Shown: piece after piece, positions 50,095-62,529 of the stretch
Position numbering within the stretch: the first letter of the stretch is position 1
Layout: every line of letters begins with the position of its first letter
From: Haliotis cracherodii
Taxonomy: Eukaryota
Length of the DNA stretch: 64,000 nucleotides
Assembly (NCBI RefSeq): GCF_022045235.1
Contig: NW_027266297.1
Span: 5,580,001 to 5,644,000, forward strand
Direction: 5' to 3'
Program-made: the position numbers and the translations under genes
Notes under the pieces: generated by a model
What the model was told of the DNA's origin: nothing
What the model saw: the letters and a program-made list of their open reading frames with translations, nothing else
The model's database searches: none

Positions 50095-53000
50095 CTGAAA
50101 ACAGTTTTAAAATCTGTTACTATGGAGACATATCTACACAAGCATTTAATTGCAATGGGTAAAAGGTAAGCGACACCGTACCCATGGAAAACTGACATGT
50201 TTAATTCTCCCCCACGCCAAAAAAGTGTGCACACAGCACTGACCACTTCCGTGGTCTAGTAGTAGAGCGTCTGACCGCAGAGCGGAAGGTCGGTAGTTTG
50301 ATAACTGCCTGCGTCATACCAAAAGACGTTAACAGATGGTACTTCTTGTTACCCTGCCTGACGCTCGGCATTCAGGGATGTGACAAGGACTGGTTGGCTT
50401 GGTATCTCGATCAGTGGGCTAGCACTATAAAATCGGCGGTAGTCAGTTCTAGTACAAGCAGCCCCACACATAAACACACACATGCACATGCGTCGCTACA
50501 TAAGTACAATAATATTCATAAACCAATTTCAGCTCATATCACACACGCCCTGTCCACACACCATTGCCATGTTGCCCAAACGATCCACAAAACCACCTCG
50601 CCTTCTACGACAAGCAATGACAACGGAAGCCATCGTCCCAAGGTAGAACCTACATGGGGAAAGAACAATGAACGATATTACTACATAGATCACTGTTAAA
50701 TAAAATAAATAATAATGCCCTGAACACCTTCGGACGGAGCGACCGTGACCCACGACGGTAACGTTACCCTTACAACTAGCAACAACCAGGCGTTGTAATC
50801 GTCAAACCTCAGTCGTTCTCTGCTGAAGTTATTGTACCAGCATGCTGTACAATGCATAGTCTGAGCTTTGAGGATTAGCCGTCACTGGGGTCAGTTCGGT
50901 TGCCAGGGTAACGTCACCACAATAACGCGACTCACTCTCGGTCGCAGCTGTCCACATGCATGATCATCTTCGTGTTGAGGTTGACGTGCAACTCCAGACT
51001 CGAACTCTCACGTCCAAGACGGCGTCTGAAACAAAGGAAGTTTCCGATATAACCCTGACCTTCACCACAGAGAAAACATGTTGTATTAAACTGCCGGACA
51101 AAAGAAACTAAACACTACAAAAAATAACAAGAAAATAACAAACGTTATCAAAACCTTACAACATTGCCAAAAAAAGAGTCACTGAGAACTGGAACAACAT
51201 CGCTATCATATACTGATAGTGATAAGAAAGTACACGCTTAAAAAATCGATTTGATAAACAAATTACAAACTTTATCAAAACGTTACTAGGCTGAAAACAC
51301 TGGAAATTTAAAGGTCCAAAATATAGTTATCATACACGTATCAAATACATCACCATCGAAAAAAACATTTCTTGTTTGTTTCATTTGAAGCCAACATCAA
51401 ACATGGGTGTAGACTTTTTTTTGTCCGGCAGTTTCGTAGGGCTTCAGTACGCGTTTTTTTTACACGTTTTAGACACGTTTTTTTTCATAACTTAAACGAC
51501 TAGATTTTGGGGCTGCTGTTGGTATGAAGTGAGATCCTGTCCCCTTTCGTTTGGTTTGATCATAAACATCTTCAGATAAAACACGCATAGCGATTGTTCC
51601 GTTTCGGGTATTAACACACACATAAACACACTTTCTCTGTATATGTTTTATTCATATTTTTTTTAAAATCGCTTCATCAGCTCCAAATCGTTTGGTGCGG
51701 TGGTGTAGGCTAACCGTTTAAGCGTTCTCTCGTCAGTCTTGTTTGTCTGTTGTTCAGCAATAGCCAAACTTTATGACGGCGGTCTGTAAATAATTCAGCC
51801 TGGACCAGAAATAATTCAGCCTGGACCAGGCAATCCAGTGATTGCCATCATGAGCATCGATCTTCGCAACTGGGATACGATTACATGTATTAAACAAGTA
51901 AGGGAGCCTGACCACCCGATCCTGTTAGTCGCCTCTTACTCATTTTGTGAGAATATATGGTATTGCCCTAACCACAACGTTAAACGTTTGTTCGTTCGAT
52001 TGTTGTTTAACGCCGCACTCAGCAATATTCCAGCTATGTGACAGCGGTCTGTAAATAATCGAGTCTGGACCAGACAATTCAGTGATTGGCATCATGAGCA
52101 TCGATCCGAGCAATTGGGATACGATGACATGCATCAACCAATTCAGGGAGCCTGACCTCCCGATCCCGTTAGACGCCTCTTACGACAAGCAAAGTCGTCA
52201 TTTACGACAAGCATGGGTTACTGAAGGCCTATTCTACCCCGGATTTATTCACGGATCGTTAAAACAAAGCACCAGGTTCGAATCCCTTTATGGGTAAAAT
52301 GTACGAAGTCCATAAAAAACCGTTTATGGTGTCCCCCGCCATGATAGTGCGGGGATATAAACGGTTACACTCACTCACTCACTCACTCTCATCATGGCCT
52401 GTTCTGTCATAACCGTATCAACATATTTCTGACTGGCATTTTTAACGCGAGGCATGGACATTATCAACTTCTACGGCAGGATAGCAGTAAGTCCTCACTC
52501 CATCTCCTCATCCTCGAAGTGTCTGTACCAGTGTCTGAAGGCTTCTCGCGCCTCCAACTCTGTGACGGTTCCATCTCCGTTCTTGTCCAGCGTCCGGAAC
52601 AGCGCCTTGGCCACCAGCAGCTCCTTCTCCGTCAGCAACTCCACCAACTCCCTCTGTAAACCAGTTTTGATCCACCATAAATTTGAAATAACTCGATTCT
52701 GATTGGTGAATCAAAGGTTACATATTTCATGAAGCAGCTGTTTTGACGACCGCATAGCCACGGAAGCTAATATCTATAGAAAGGTACATCTTTCTCGGCT
52801 ACTGACGGATTACATTTTTAAATAATGATATGCACAATTATAGGTTCCACTTAGGACATGTGTAAAAAACAATGACCTAAAATAGTACGATACCGTAAGC
52901 GGCGTTTGAGTATTAGGCAGCAACTGGGATGAATGCTCGATGACTACTTTTAAACAGAGATCTGTCCCCTTAGAAAACCTCAAATTTGGCTAAGCTCTTA

Positions 53001-56000
53001 AAAATAAATATATGCGTGAATCAAACCCTCATGTGTGTTATCTGATAGATATCATTTATGATGGCCATCGCACGTGGACGAAATGCCAAGACACCGTGTA
53101 CGTCATCGCAGTGCATTGCGTCATACGGGTCAGCGAGACTCACGCCAGTGACGTACCCTATCTCTCTTAGCCAGCAGTTTCTTGGCCTCGTGGTTGAGGA
53201 ATTCCCACCAGTCCAGCTTGCCGTCACTGTCCACGTCGGCCACTTGGAAGTCCACCTTCATCAGCCGTTTGTCGAACTCCGTCACCTGACGTTCTTCACG
53301 CTGCTCCAGCAGGTGACCTTTACCTTCGCTGAACTCATCCCACGACACAGAGCCATCTGTCGGAGAAGTGAGACACGCAATGAGAGAGTTGGGTTGTATC
53401 TGCGAGGGGTGAGATGAAGTAATCTCCGGGCGAACGCTCTTACCGCTACACTACGGAGGCAGTGTGTGTTATGTTCATATCACGGCGTGACTGGAGGAAA
53501 GCATTTAAATTATAAGTCACAGGTCGTAGACATTTACTTCTTTGGTTTAAGCAGCGAGGATAAATAAATACTGATAAACCTAGGATCGTGTCGAACAATC
53601 CTACGATGAGCTGATCCATGATTAAGGGCGGCGATTGTGGGAGAGAGAGAGAGAGAAGAGAGAGAGATTGTGTGTGCGTTTGTGTGTGTGCGCGCGCGTG
53701 TGTCGTAAGTCTATGCAGAGGCCACATGCGGCACATGGTTTCTGGTGAATGTCAGTTAAAAACCGTCGTCTTTGTGCTATGGTCACTTTGTGGAACGGAG
53801 CTCTTTCCGCCGTCCTTAGCAATTAGTTGTACAGATCGAGCACCATGTCCGTTGAAGAGGGGTCTTTCGAAACATAGCACAATCCATAGAATTGAAACTT
53901 GTCGACTTACCTTTGTCTTTGTCGTAGTTCTCAAAAGATTCTATCAACTCCTCCAGTTCGTCATCATTCAGCAACAAACTGAGGTTACTCTGAAACAAAC
54001 ACGATCAATATTGCACCACCGGTGTCTGTATTTGAAGCCTTACGTCAATTAACATTGCTTCTAAATACAATATAAGCGCAATAACGCTTTCTTTACGACT
54101 AACAGCCTCCGAGGTCAAGTGGATAGAACGTCTGCCTGGACAGCAGAAGGTCGGTGGTTCGATCCCGTGAACGCGTCATACCAAATAGACGTTATAAGAA
54201 TGTAGTTGTTGTTACCCTGCCTGGCGCTCGGCATTTATGGTATACAACAAGAGCTGGTCGGGTGGCTCGGAGTCTACTGTGTCAGTCGGGTATTCATGTT
54301 AAAAGTGCAGGGTAGTATCTCAGTGGGCTAGCACTATTAAACCGTTATTAGTCTAGATTTGTACAAGCTGTCACACACATATACTCAAACACACACGTGA
54401 AGCCCGTTGCTATATAACTGCAATGATTTTGAACGCGACGTCAAACCCCATTTCACCTCACCCCTCTACGACTATACCAGTGAACATGCGACTGTTCCAA
54501 TTATGTCCCTTTAAATTTATAACTGCAAGTAAAGCTCGACCTTTCGTTACTTTATAGGTGTGTATCGATTAGTTGAGCTATCGATGCATCGCAATAGTTA
54601 ATCTCACGATGGCTAGCTATAGCATCGATTCCACGATACATAATCTATATATACAAATCGTACCATAACCGTTACATTTTCAATTCGTTTTTATCCAAAA
54701 TACACCTCGCTTGAATAGACATGGGTATCCGTTCAGAAAGTGTTTGTAATTCCTCGAGTTAACTCCCTTACTCCAAAACAACTGATGCCAGGACGTTTTG
54801 ATGTTTTGTCATCCTGCCGGAACAGAACTCCACATCACTCAGAAACGCATCAAAGTCAACCTGTATCGCAATGGGATTTCAAAACTATGAGAATATTTTT
54901 GCAGTAGCGAATATGATAAATTATAGAGAGCACGTCTTATCCACAATAGTCCCTGCTCAAGGGCGCTCAGTCACAGGCTCTTTTGAAGTGGATGGTCTTG
55001 AAGGTAGACAAAGAGCGATGGACACCCTTGCATCAACACCCTTGCATCACCTGACATACACTGGAAGCTCATGTCTTACAACATCCCCAGCAAAGCTGAG
55101 AATCTACGCAAAACCTATTACCTTTGGCTTTGGCACGATTACCTTGAAGCACAAAATCTGCTTGTTGGAGGTTAAAGACACATCATTACAAAAGCAAATT
55201 TATACAGTACTAGTATCACAATGGTGTTTTTAACAGTCACGGTAGTATAAAAACAAGTTGATTTGTCCCAAATAGTAATTCCCAGAGTGAGTGAGTGTGT
55301 ATCACACCAAGACACCAAGAATGATCATTTGTGGAATCAAACCGGGGTTTATAGTGACGGCGAGCGTTTGAACTACTAGCCCATTCCATCGTGTCCCGTG
55401 AAGATTCCGGATTAGAAATGATCCTCAGCAACCCATGCTTGTCGTAAAAGGCGACTAACAGGATCGGGTGGTCAGGCTCGCTGACTTGGTTAATGCATGT
55501 CATCATATCTCAACATGCGTAGATCGATGCTCATGATGTCAATCACTTGAATGTGTGGTCCAGGCTCGATTATTTACAGACCGCTGTCATATAGCTAGAA
55601 TATTGCTGAGTGCAGCGTTACACAAAGAACAAAACAAAAAGAGACTCACGCAGATGTAGCAGCTCCAGCCTATATTTGTCCTTGACCTCGCGGTGAGGAG
55701 GGCGTCCACCTTGCGGCACTCCCCACACTGTTCCAGGCACTCCTGGTGGAAGATCCGCGTACATACTCGGCACGGGTGGGCGTCGTCATCGGCAGCTTTC
55801 CGGCACAGCCAACACTTGGGGTCAGAATGGTACTGAAAAGGGCAGTGAATCAGACTGTGCTTAAATCATATTGAAATTTGGTGACAAACATCAGCGAGCC
55901 TGGCAATCCGATCCTGTTAGACGCCTCTTACGACAAGCATGGGAAGCTGAAGGCCTATTCTTACTCGAATCATTAGAGGTTCTGAAAACAGTATAGGACA

Positions 56001-59000
56001 CACAGATACTGCCTTGGAAAACTTAACTGGCAATGTGGAAGGTGGGCCGTTGGGATTTGTCCTAGGACTGTAACATACCCTGCAGACACCACCCTTCCCT
56101 CCACCCCCAGCCCCCATTTCAGTCGTTTTTTTCACCCCCAACCCACACAATACCTGTAACACTTTCTTCGTTGTCATTCCCTACGATAAATTTATAATCC
56201 GTAAAAAATGTTTAAGTGAATACAACCCGTGAAGGTCCTGGTAGAGAATAGGTCTTCTATGCTTGGCTATGCTTGTCGTAAAAGGCGACCAACGGGATCG
56301 GGCGGTTAGACTTGCTGACTTGTTTGATACATGTCATCGTATCCCAACTGCGTGGATCGATGCCCATGATGGCAATCACTGCATTGTCTGGTCCAGACTC
56401 GATTATTTACAGACCGCCGTCATATAGCTGGAATGTTGCTGAGTGTGGCGTTAACCAACAAACAAATCAAATGAATAATACATTAATATTTTTTAAATAG
56501 AACTGTGTCATATCTTCACCCGTTCCTGACCGCCTCCGTGGTCTAGTGGTAGAGCGTCCGCCCGGAGAGCGAAAGGTCCGGGGTTCGATCCCTGGCCGCG
56601 TCATACCAAAAGACGTTGAAAGATGGTACTTGTTGTTACCCTGTCTGGCGCTCAGCATTAAGGGGCTAAAACAAGGACTGGTCGGCTCGGAGTCAGTATA
56701 CTGTGTCTGAGTGGGGTATTCATGTTAAACTGCGGCATGAATCTCAGTGAGCTAGCACTATAAATCGGCATCAGTCCGGACTAGTACAAGCAGCCACACA
56801 AACACACACACGTACATGCACGTCGCTATATAAGTGCAATAATCTTGCACGCGACGTTAAACCCCATTTCACCTCACCTCACCTTACCCCTTCCCACGTC
56901 TCGTCGTGAGTTTTGGAAACTATACACTCTGCAGTATGAAAGGCTAGGAAACATGCTTCAGGTGGCATCACCGATGCTCATGGCGTTCTGTTCTGTATAG
57001 AGGAATTAAGCAAGTCGTCCCAGCATTATGCAGGGGGAAGTTTTCTGACCATTGATCGACATCGGTATTTTCAAGCGGCACTCAGTGGCAACAGATCTGG
57101 AGGCATGGTCTCATTATGCGTGGCCTCGGCCGTACTATTCGGCGTGGGCTTCTGTGACGAAAGCAATCCCAGTGCAGGTACAACTGATGCGCTCCATGTA
57201 TAGCTCAAGAACTAATCCGTTCTCAAGCCAAAATGTCATTGATTGCCCATAAGCGGTATCGAATGTTATCAAAGCTATTTAAATGGATTTGGTTGAAGAT
57301 GCCTGCACCTTCAATGTGATGATTGGTAACAGGTGACCAACAATATACGCATGAATGACTGGCAAGCTAAGCCAAAACAAATGGAAACACGGGAATCTGA
57401 AGTTGTGAATAAATATACAAGGTCAGTGCCAGATAACAATAATTCTAGATTATCTGCGAAACAGATTCCATGGGGCACAATATACAAGATAGCGGTGAAA
57501 TTATGTGAATGGATCATATAAAAAATAAAGTAAATGATTTGGGGTGGGGGATGGGATGGACACTCTCGCAGGAGATCGCACATTAATCCCATGCATTCTG
57601 TCATGACTTCATGGGAGGAAGAAAAACAGATGGGAACCATTTCGCAAAGTGTGAAGTTCAGGTGTTCATTTATCCGCTGTTGAAATCAGCGCTTTACGCA
57701 CCTGCTGTTCACGTCGGTGCTTTACAGATCAACTATTCATGTCAGTGCTTTACAGATCAACTATTCATGTCAGTGCGTTACAGATCAACTATTCATGTCA
57801 GTGCGTTACAGATCAACTATTCATGTCAGTGCTTTACAGATCAACTATTCATGTCAGTGCGTTACAGATCAACTATTCATGTCGGTGCTGTACAGATCAA
57901 CTATTCATGTCGGTGCGTTACAGATCATCTATTCATGTCAGTGCTTTACAGATCAACTATTCATGTCAGTGCTTTACAGATCAACTATTCATGTCAGTAC
58001 GTTACAGATCAACTATTCATGTCAGTGCGTTACAGATCAACTATTCATGTCAGTGCTTTACAGATCAAATATTCATGTCAGTGCATTACAGATCAACTAT
58101 TCATGTCAGTGCGTTACAGATCAACTATTCATGTCGGTGCTGTACGTCTTTGCGTTACAGATCAACTATTCATGTCAGTGTTGTACGTATTTGCGTTACA
58201 GATCAACTATTCAAGTCAGTGTTGTACGTCTTTGCGTTACAGATCAACTATTCATGTCAGTGTTGTACGTATTTGCGTTACAGATCAACTATTCATGTCA
58301 GTGCTGTACGTCTCTGCGTTACAGATCAACTATTCATGTCAGCGCTGTACGTCTTTGCGTTACAGATCAACTATTCATGTCAGTGGTGTACGTCTTTGCG
58401 TTAAAGATCAACTATTCATGTCAGTGCTGTACGTCTTTGCGTTAAAGATCAACTATTCATGTCAGTGGTGTACGTCTTTGCGTTACAGATCAACTATTCA
58501 TGTCAGTGGTGTACGTCTTTGCGTTAAAGATCAACTATTCATGTCAGTGCTCATATATCCATTTCATGACAATAAGTATCCACACTGATTCCCGCAGCGG
58601 TGTTGCTTAACTTTTGATCAACAGTATAAGTTCTTTGATACACGTCAGAGACACTACCCTCAACCCCCGCAACGGATCGATACGAGGGACAAAGAGAGAT
58701 ATTGATGCCACAAATTGAGATATGATTGCCATATATAGAATCAATGACCATCCGGATAACGTGATGTGAGTTTTCAATTGCCAGTTTACCCCAGACCGAC
58801 CCGCTAAGCTGAATCAATAGCCAAGTTATGGACGTAAACTATAAATGGCTGCCAATATAATAACATCGATGGAGAGCATTTAGATGGGGTTATTGCACGC
58901 CAACTGCGCAACAGATGATAAATGTAGCATTTACTACTGTAAGTCAGTTTTGATCGGCAGCGACGTACTTTGAATATATCAAAATACCATCGAGACGTAA

Positions 59001-60593
59001 TGGTGTTTATAACATGCCATTTACCTTCATTTTCTTTATGTGTATATTCACAGCTGTGGGTCACATCGATATCAGTTTTTTCATCGTCAACTGTAAATGA
59101 CTGTACTGGATCACTGTGACGGACCACTGTACTGGATCGCCGCACTGGATTACTGTACCGGACCGTTGTACTGGATCACTGTACTGGATCACCGCACTGG
59201 GTCACTGTACTAGATCACTGTACTAGATCATTGTACTGGATCACTGTACTGGATCACTGTACTGGATCACCGCACTGGATCACTGTACTGGACCGTTGTA
59301 CTGGATCACTGTACTGGATCACTGCACCGGACCACTGTACATGGTCACCGTACCTGATCACTGTACCGGATCACTGTACTGGATCACTGTACTAGACCAC
59401 TGTACCGGATCACTGTACTAGACCACTGTACTGGATCACTTTACTAGACCACTGTACTGGATCACTGTACTAGACCACTGTACCGGATCACTGTACTAGA
59501 CCACTGTACCGGATCACTGTACTGGATCACTGTACCGGATCACTGTACTAGGCCGCTGTACTGGATCACTGTACGGGACCTCTGTACTGGATCACTGTAC
59601 TAGACCACTGTACCGGATCACTGTACCGGATCACTGTACTAGACCACTGTACTGGATCACTGTACGGGACCTCTGTACTGGATCATTGTACCGGATCACT
59701 GTACTGGACCACTGTACTAGATCACTGTACTAGATCACTGTACTGGATCACTGTATTGGGTCACTGCACTGGATCTCTGTACGGGACCACTGTACTGGAT
59801 CTCTGTACCGGACCACTATACTCGATCACTGTACTGGATCACTGTACCAGACCACTGTACTGGATCACTGTACTAGACCACTGTACTAGACCACTGTATC
59901 GGATCACTGTTCTAGATCACTGTATTGGATCACTGTACTAGACCACTGTACCGGATCACTGTATTAGATCACTGAACTGGATCACTTTACTGGACCGATA
60001 TCTTTCAAAACCAAATGATGGAATACGACAGCAATGTCGACCTTTCAAATGTCTTTTTCCAACTATCGTGCTTCCTGCCAATAGTCTTGACATATCACTA
60101 CGGGGGACAACAGAAATTGGTTTTCACACTTTTCAACCGTGTTAATTAAACCCGGACCTTCGTCGTGAGAAACCAACGCATTAACCACCAGACTACCCAC
60201 ACAGCACTTTCAACCGTACATATGAAAAAATATGAAATCTCAAACAATACATTATGGGACAACTTGGCTCACACTGGCGAGTCTACTCACCGCTGCCCAC
60301 GTGGGCTTGTCCGTATCCGGTACGATGTCGTCTCCCACATCAATGTCTTTCCGCGAAGTAGCGGAACTCTGCCGAAACCTGTGGGGGTCTGCGTTCCCCC
60401 TGACAACCTCCTCATAGTCCGCGTTATTCTCCATCTTGATCCTCTCGATGTGCATAATCAGCTCCAGGCGCTTCTGCTGCTTCCGCGCCTGGTTCGTGTG
60501 CTTGGAGAATGTGCCGATCACCATCACGGCGTTCTTGTAGCGTCTCTTCTTCGCTTCCGGGCCCTTGCCCTCCGTCGATGCCCCGCTGCCCAT
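50013..60593 (-). CDS. PHF24: PHD finger protein 24 (GINIP/KIAA1045) orthologue, about 363 aa. Exons 60593-60291, 55832-55650, 53989-53911, 53356-53157, 52653-52499, 51025-50936, 50094-50013
   Basis: Phase-consistent GT-AG exons (0,0,1,0,2,2). Family signatures PCRVCTRIFHQECL, GWSCYIC-NLSLLL, WWEFLNHE, LLTEKE and C-terminal WASFLMEQGLYLLCNRPN match PHF24 as I recall it. N-terminus MGSGAS. Confidence 0.9.
50936..51025 (-). CDS. PHF24: PHF24 exon
   Basis: tttcag|...RRLGRESSSLELHVNLNTKMIMHVDSCDR|gtgagt; phase 2 to 2. Confidence 0.8.
51089..51433. mobile_element. Tc1-like MITE in a PHF24 intron
   Basis: TIR AACTGCCGGACAAAA / TTTTGTCCGGCAGTT, resembling the TIR of the 32695 element. Confidence 0.65.
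52499..52653 (-). CDS. PHF24: PHF24 EF-hand exon
   Basis: ttacag|RELVELLTEKE...DKNGDGTVTELE...|gtgagg. Confidence 0.88.
53157..53356 (-). CDS. PHF24: PHF24 EF-hand exon
   Basis: cgacag|DGSVSWDEF...DVDSDGKLDWWEF...KRDR|gtacgt. Confidence 0.9.
53911..53989 (-). CDS. PHF24: PHF24 exon (SNLSLLLNDDELEELIESFENYDKDK)
   Basis: tttcag|...|gtaagt. Confidence 0.9.
55394..55640 (+). mobile_element. SINE-like family C with no tRNA head. Other copies: 3232-3475 -, 5470-5570 -, 30725-30920 -, 34895-35120 -, 46186-46351 +, 51740-51935 -, 51987-52256 -, 55885-55965 -, 56225-56470 +
   Basis: About 10 colinear copies beginning ACCCGTGAAGATCC and ending GGAATATTGCTGAGTGCGGCGTTAAAC plus (AAAC)n. Confidence 0.85.
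55650..55832 (-). CDS. PHF24: PHF24 PHD-finger exon
   Basis: tttcag|YHSDPKCWLC...GWSCYIC|gtgagt. Confidence 0.92.
56225..56470 (+). mobile_element. SINE-like family C copy
   Basis: Colinear with 55394-55640. Confidence 0.85.
56528..56885 (+). mobile_element. tRNA-derived SINE family B with Meta/MESC-like core. Other copies: 8327-8637 +, 40640-40922 + (gap inside), 44640-44920 -, 50240-50530 +, 54100-54465 +
   Basis: tRNA head GGTCTAGTGGTAGAGCG...GGTTCGATCCC; core GTCATACCAAAAGACGTT..ATGGTAC..CCCTG.CTGGCGCTCAGCATTAAGG; (TCACC)n tail. Confidence 0.85.
57720..58550. repeat. 28-bp minisatellite switching to a 41-bp unit at about 58140
   Basis: ttacagatcaactattcatgtcagtgcg; later units gain tgtacgtctttgc. 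Confidence 0.95.
59095..59995. repeat. 13-bp minisatellite, about 69 copies
   Basis: ctgtactggatca. Confidence 0.95.
60291..60593 (-). CDS. PHF24: PHF24 first coding exon
   Basis: ATGGGCAGC ... GCAGCG|gtgagt; 303 nt. Confidence 0.78.
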
Positions 60594-62529
60594 TCCGACA
60601 CTCTTCGGTTCTTTGTTAACGCGAAGACTCTTCCCAGGGCGTTCAGATCCTCAGGTTATGTACCTCCTGATGTTCATAAAGGATTTCTTACCCCGAATAT
60701 TTATGGTGTCCAATGTTCTTTCTATTCAACCTCGGCAGATTTGACAATCAGAAGGTACAAAAGATGTCCTCGGCCCTCTAACCGTTATTTCCGTGTCAGG
60801 GAAATAATGAGAGCAATTTCTATACACCCGCAGCGTATAGTCTGACCCGCTGCCAATCGTCGTTCAGGTAGGTAGAAAGTCTCTGATCTCCTCACCTGAA
60901 AATACCCGCATTATATTCACCTTGATAATCTACTCCAACACAGGCAAACCACACTTACTGCAAGACATTGTGTCGATTATTGTATTATCCCATTAACGTA
61001 AGCTGAAAGCTGTTAATGCAAAATTACTTTATTACAGCTTACTACTGTCCATATTTAGAGACACAATGTCTTAGAGTCTTAAAGCCCTGACCTCATAATC
61101 TGCAGTTGTTGACTGCGTCTCGCCAAGCTAACTAAGGTCACATTGTTTGTGTGTCTAACCTGGCGTTAACAGGTGAACTTAATCTATACTGACACATAAG
61201 GGCACATCAATGTCGTATGCGACATGTAGTAAACAGTAACATAACACACAAAAACATTGGTATTAAACATGATTAGATATAATGTAGATACTTTGGTTTG
61301 AATGTCATTAGATTTTATTCAAACGATTTCAAGTAAGTGGAAAACCTGTACACCTGCTGTGACTACCGTCGGGGAATTATGTAATCCCAGACGAGACGTT
61401 GTGATATGGTCTCGCATTTCATAATATTTCTGGTTGTTACCAAATGGCGACAATGCGACAACGCGATAATGTCCTTTCGTGGATACCCCGTAATACCTGT
61501 ATGGATAACCAGTGCCCTTGGATGACCAGAGAATCGCCCACCTTCACCTCGACCTGGTTCAAAGAGTGTCATCGTATCGACGAAGACGAAGATGCTCACA
61601 CTCTCAACCTCTGGTTTGCCTCTGCTCTACGGATAGCGCGGTAACACTATAAATACCATACACTCATTCATCCCGCTTAGAACAGTATTTTAGATTCACC
61701 ACTGCGTTCCAGCTTGATGTGGGCGGAAAGCCCGAAGTGATGTGGGTCGTTTATCACTTTGGTGAAACCCACGAGCATGGGTATGGTGCTGACAAACCTA
61801 GAAACATAATCAGGGCAAATCTGGGATTCGAACCCACAATCTAAGGTTTCCGTCACGCAAAGTGTGGCACCTTTGACGACGTCGACACCTGTTCCCCCAC
61901 TGAGGTCAAGAATGTTCGATGGTCGTGCGGCATTATTCTCGAACTCCAAAACTATTCAGGTACGCGTATACAGTTCGCATTTTACTATTCTGGGAAATTA
62001 AAATACAATGACCAGCTTTCTACGTACGGTTCTATTCGGAGTGTGCCCTATTCACACTGGGAATATATGTTAGAAGGAACACCATTCCGTATTCCGTGAA
62101 CACACGGACCAGTGCAAACACTGCTTGACGATAGACAAGCAAATTGCATTTCAATATTTGATAGGTAACTCGGTGTTGATACTATGCAAGGTGAACGATT
62201 CCAGAAATTAACACGCGATGAACACCTGTTAGAGATGAATCCAACCAATCAGCGACGGAGGTTGAAAGTGAATAATGTGATTGATGTGCTATTGGCACCG
62301 TCAGCGTAGGCCCGTGCTGACATTCGGCAGAGATCATCTTGCAAGTTACACTGTAGATAATTAAATCAACTTGATGATAAGTACATAAAAAATAAACAGA
62401 TGGGTGTTGCAAAATAGATAAGATAACGTTGTCTTTACAAGTTCAAAAGACAGTTCAAGATATTGTTTATTTCACAAGTAGCTATAAGCCAGAGAAATAT
62501 AGGTCATCATGCGGCTCCTAAATAGATGC

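Noticed and set aside
57611-58588. 325/242/221-aa ORFs
   Set aside because: Translations of the 28/41-bp minisatellite in a PHF24 intron.
60165-60845. 226-aa plus-strand ORF
   Set aside because: Antisense shadow of PHF24 exon 1, with a GTG start and no recognisable features.
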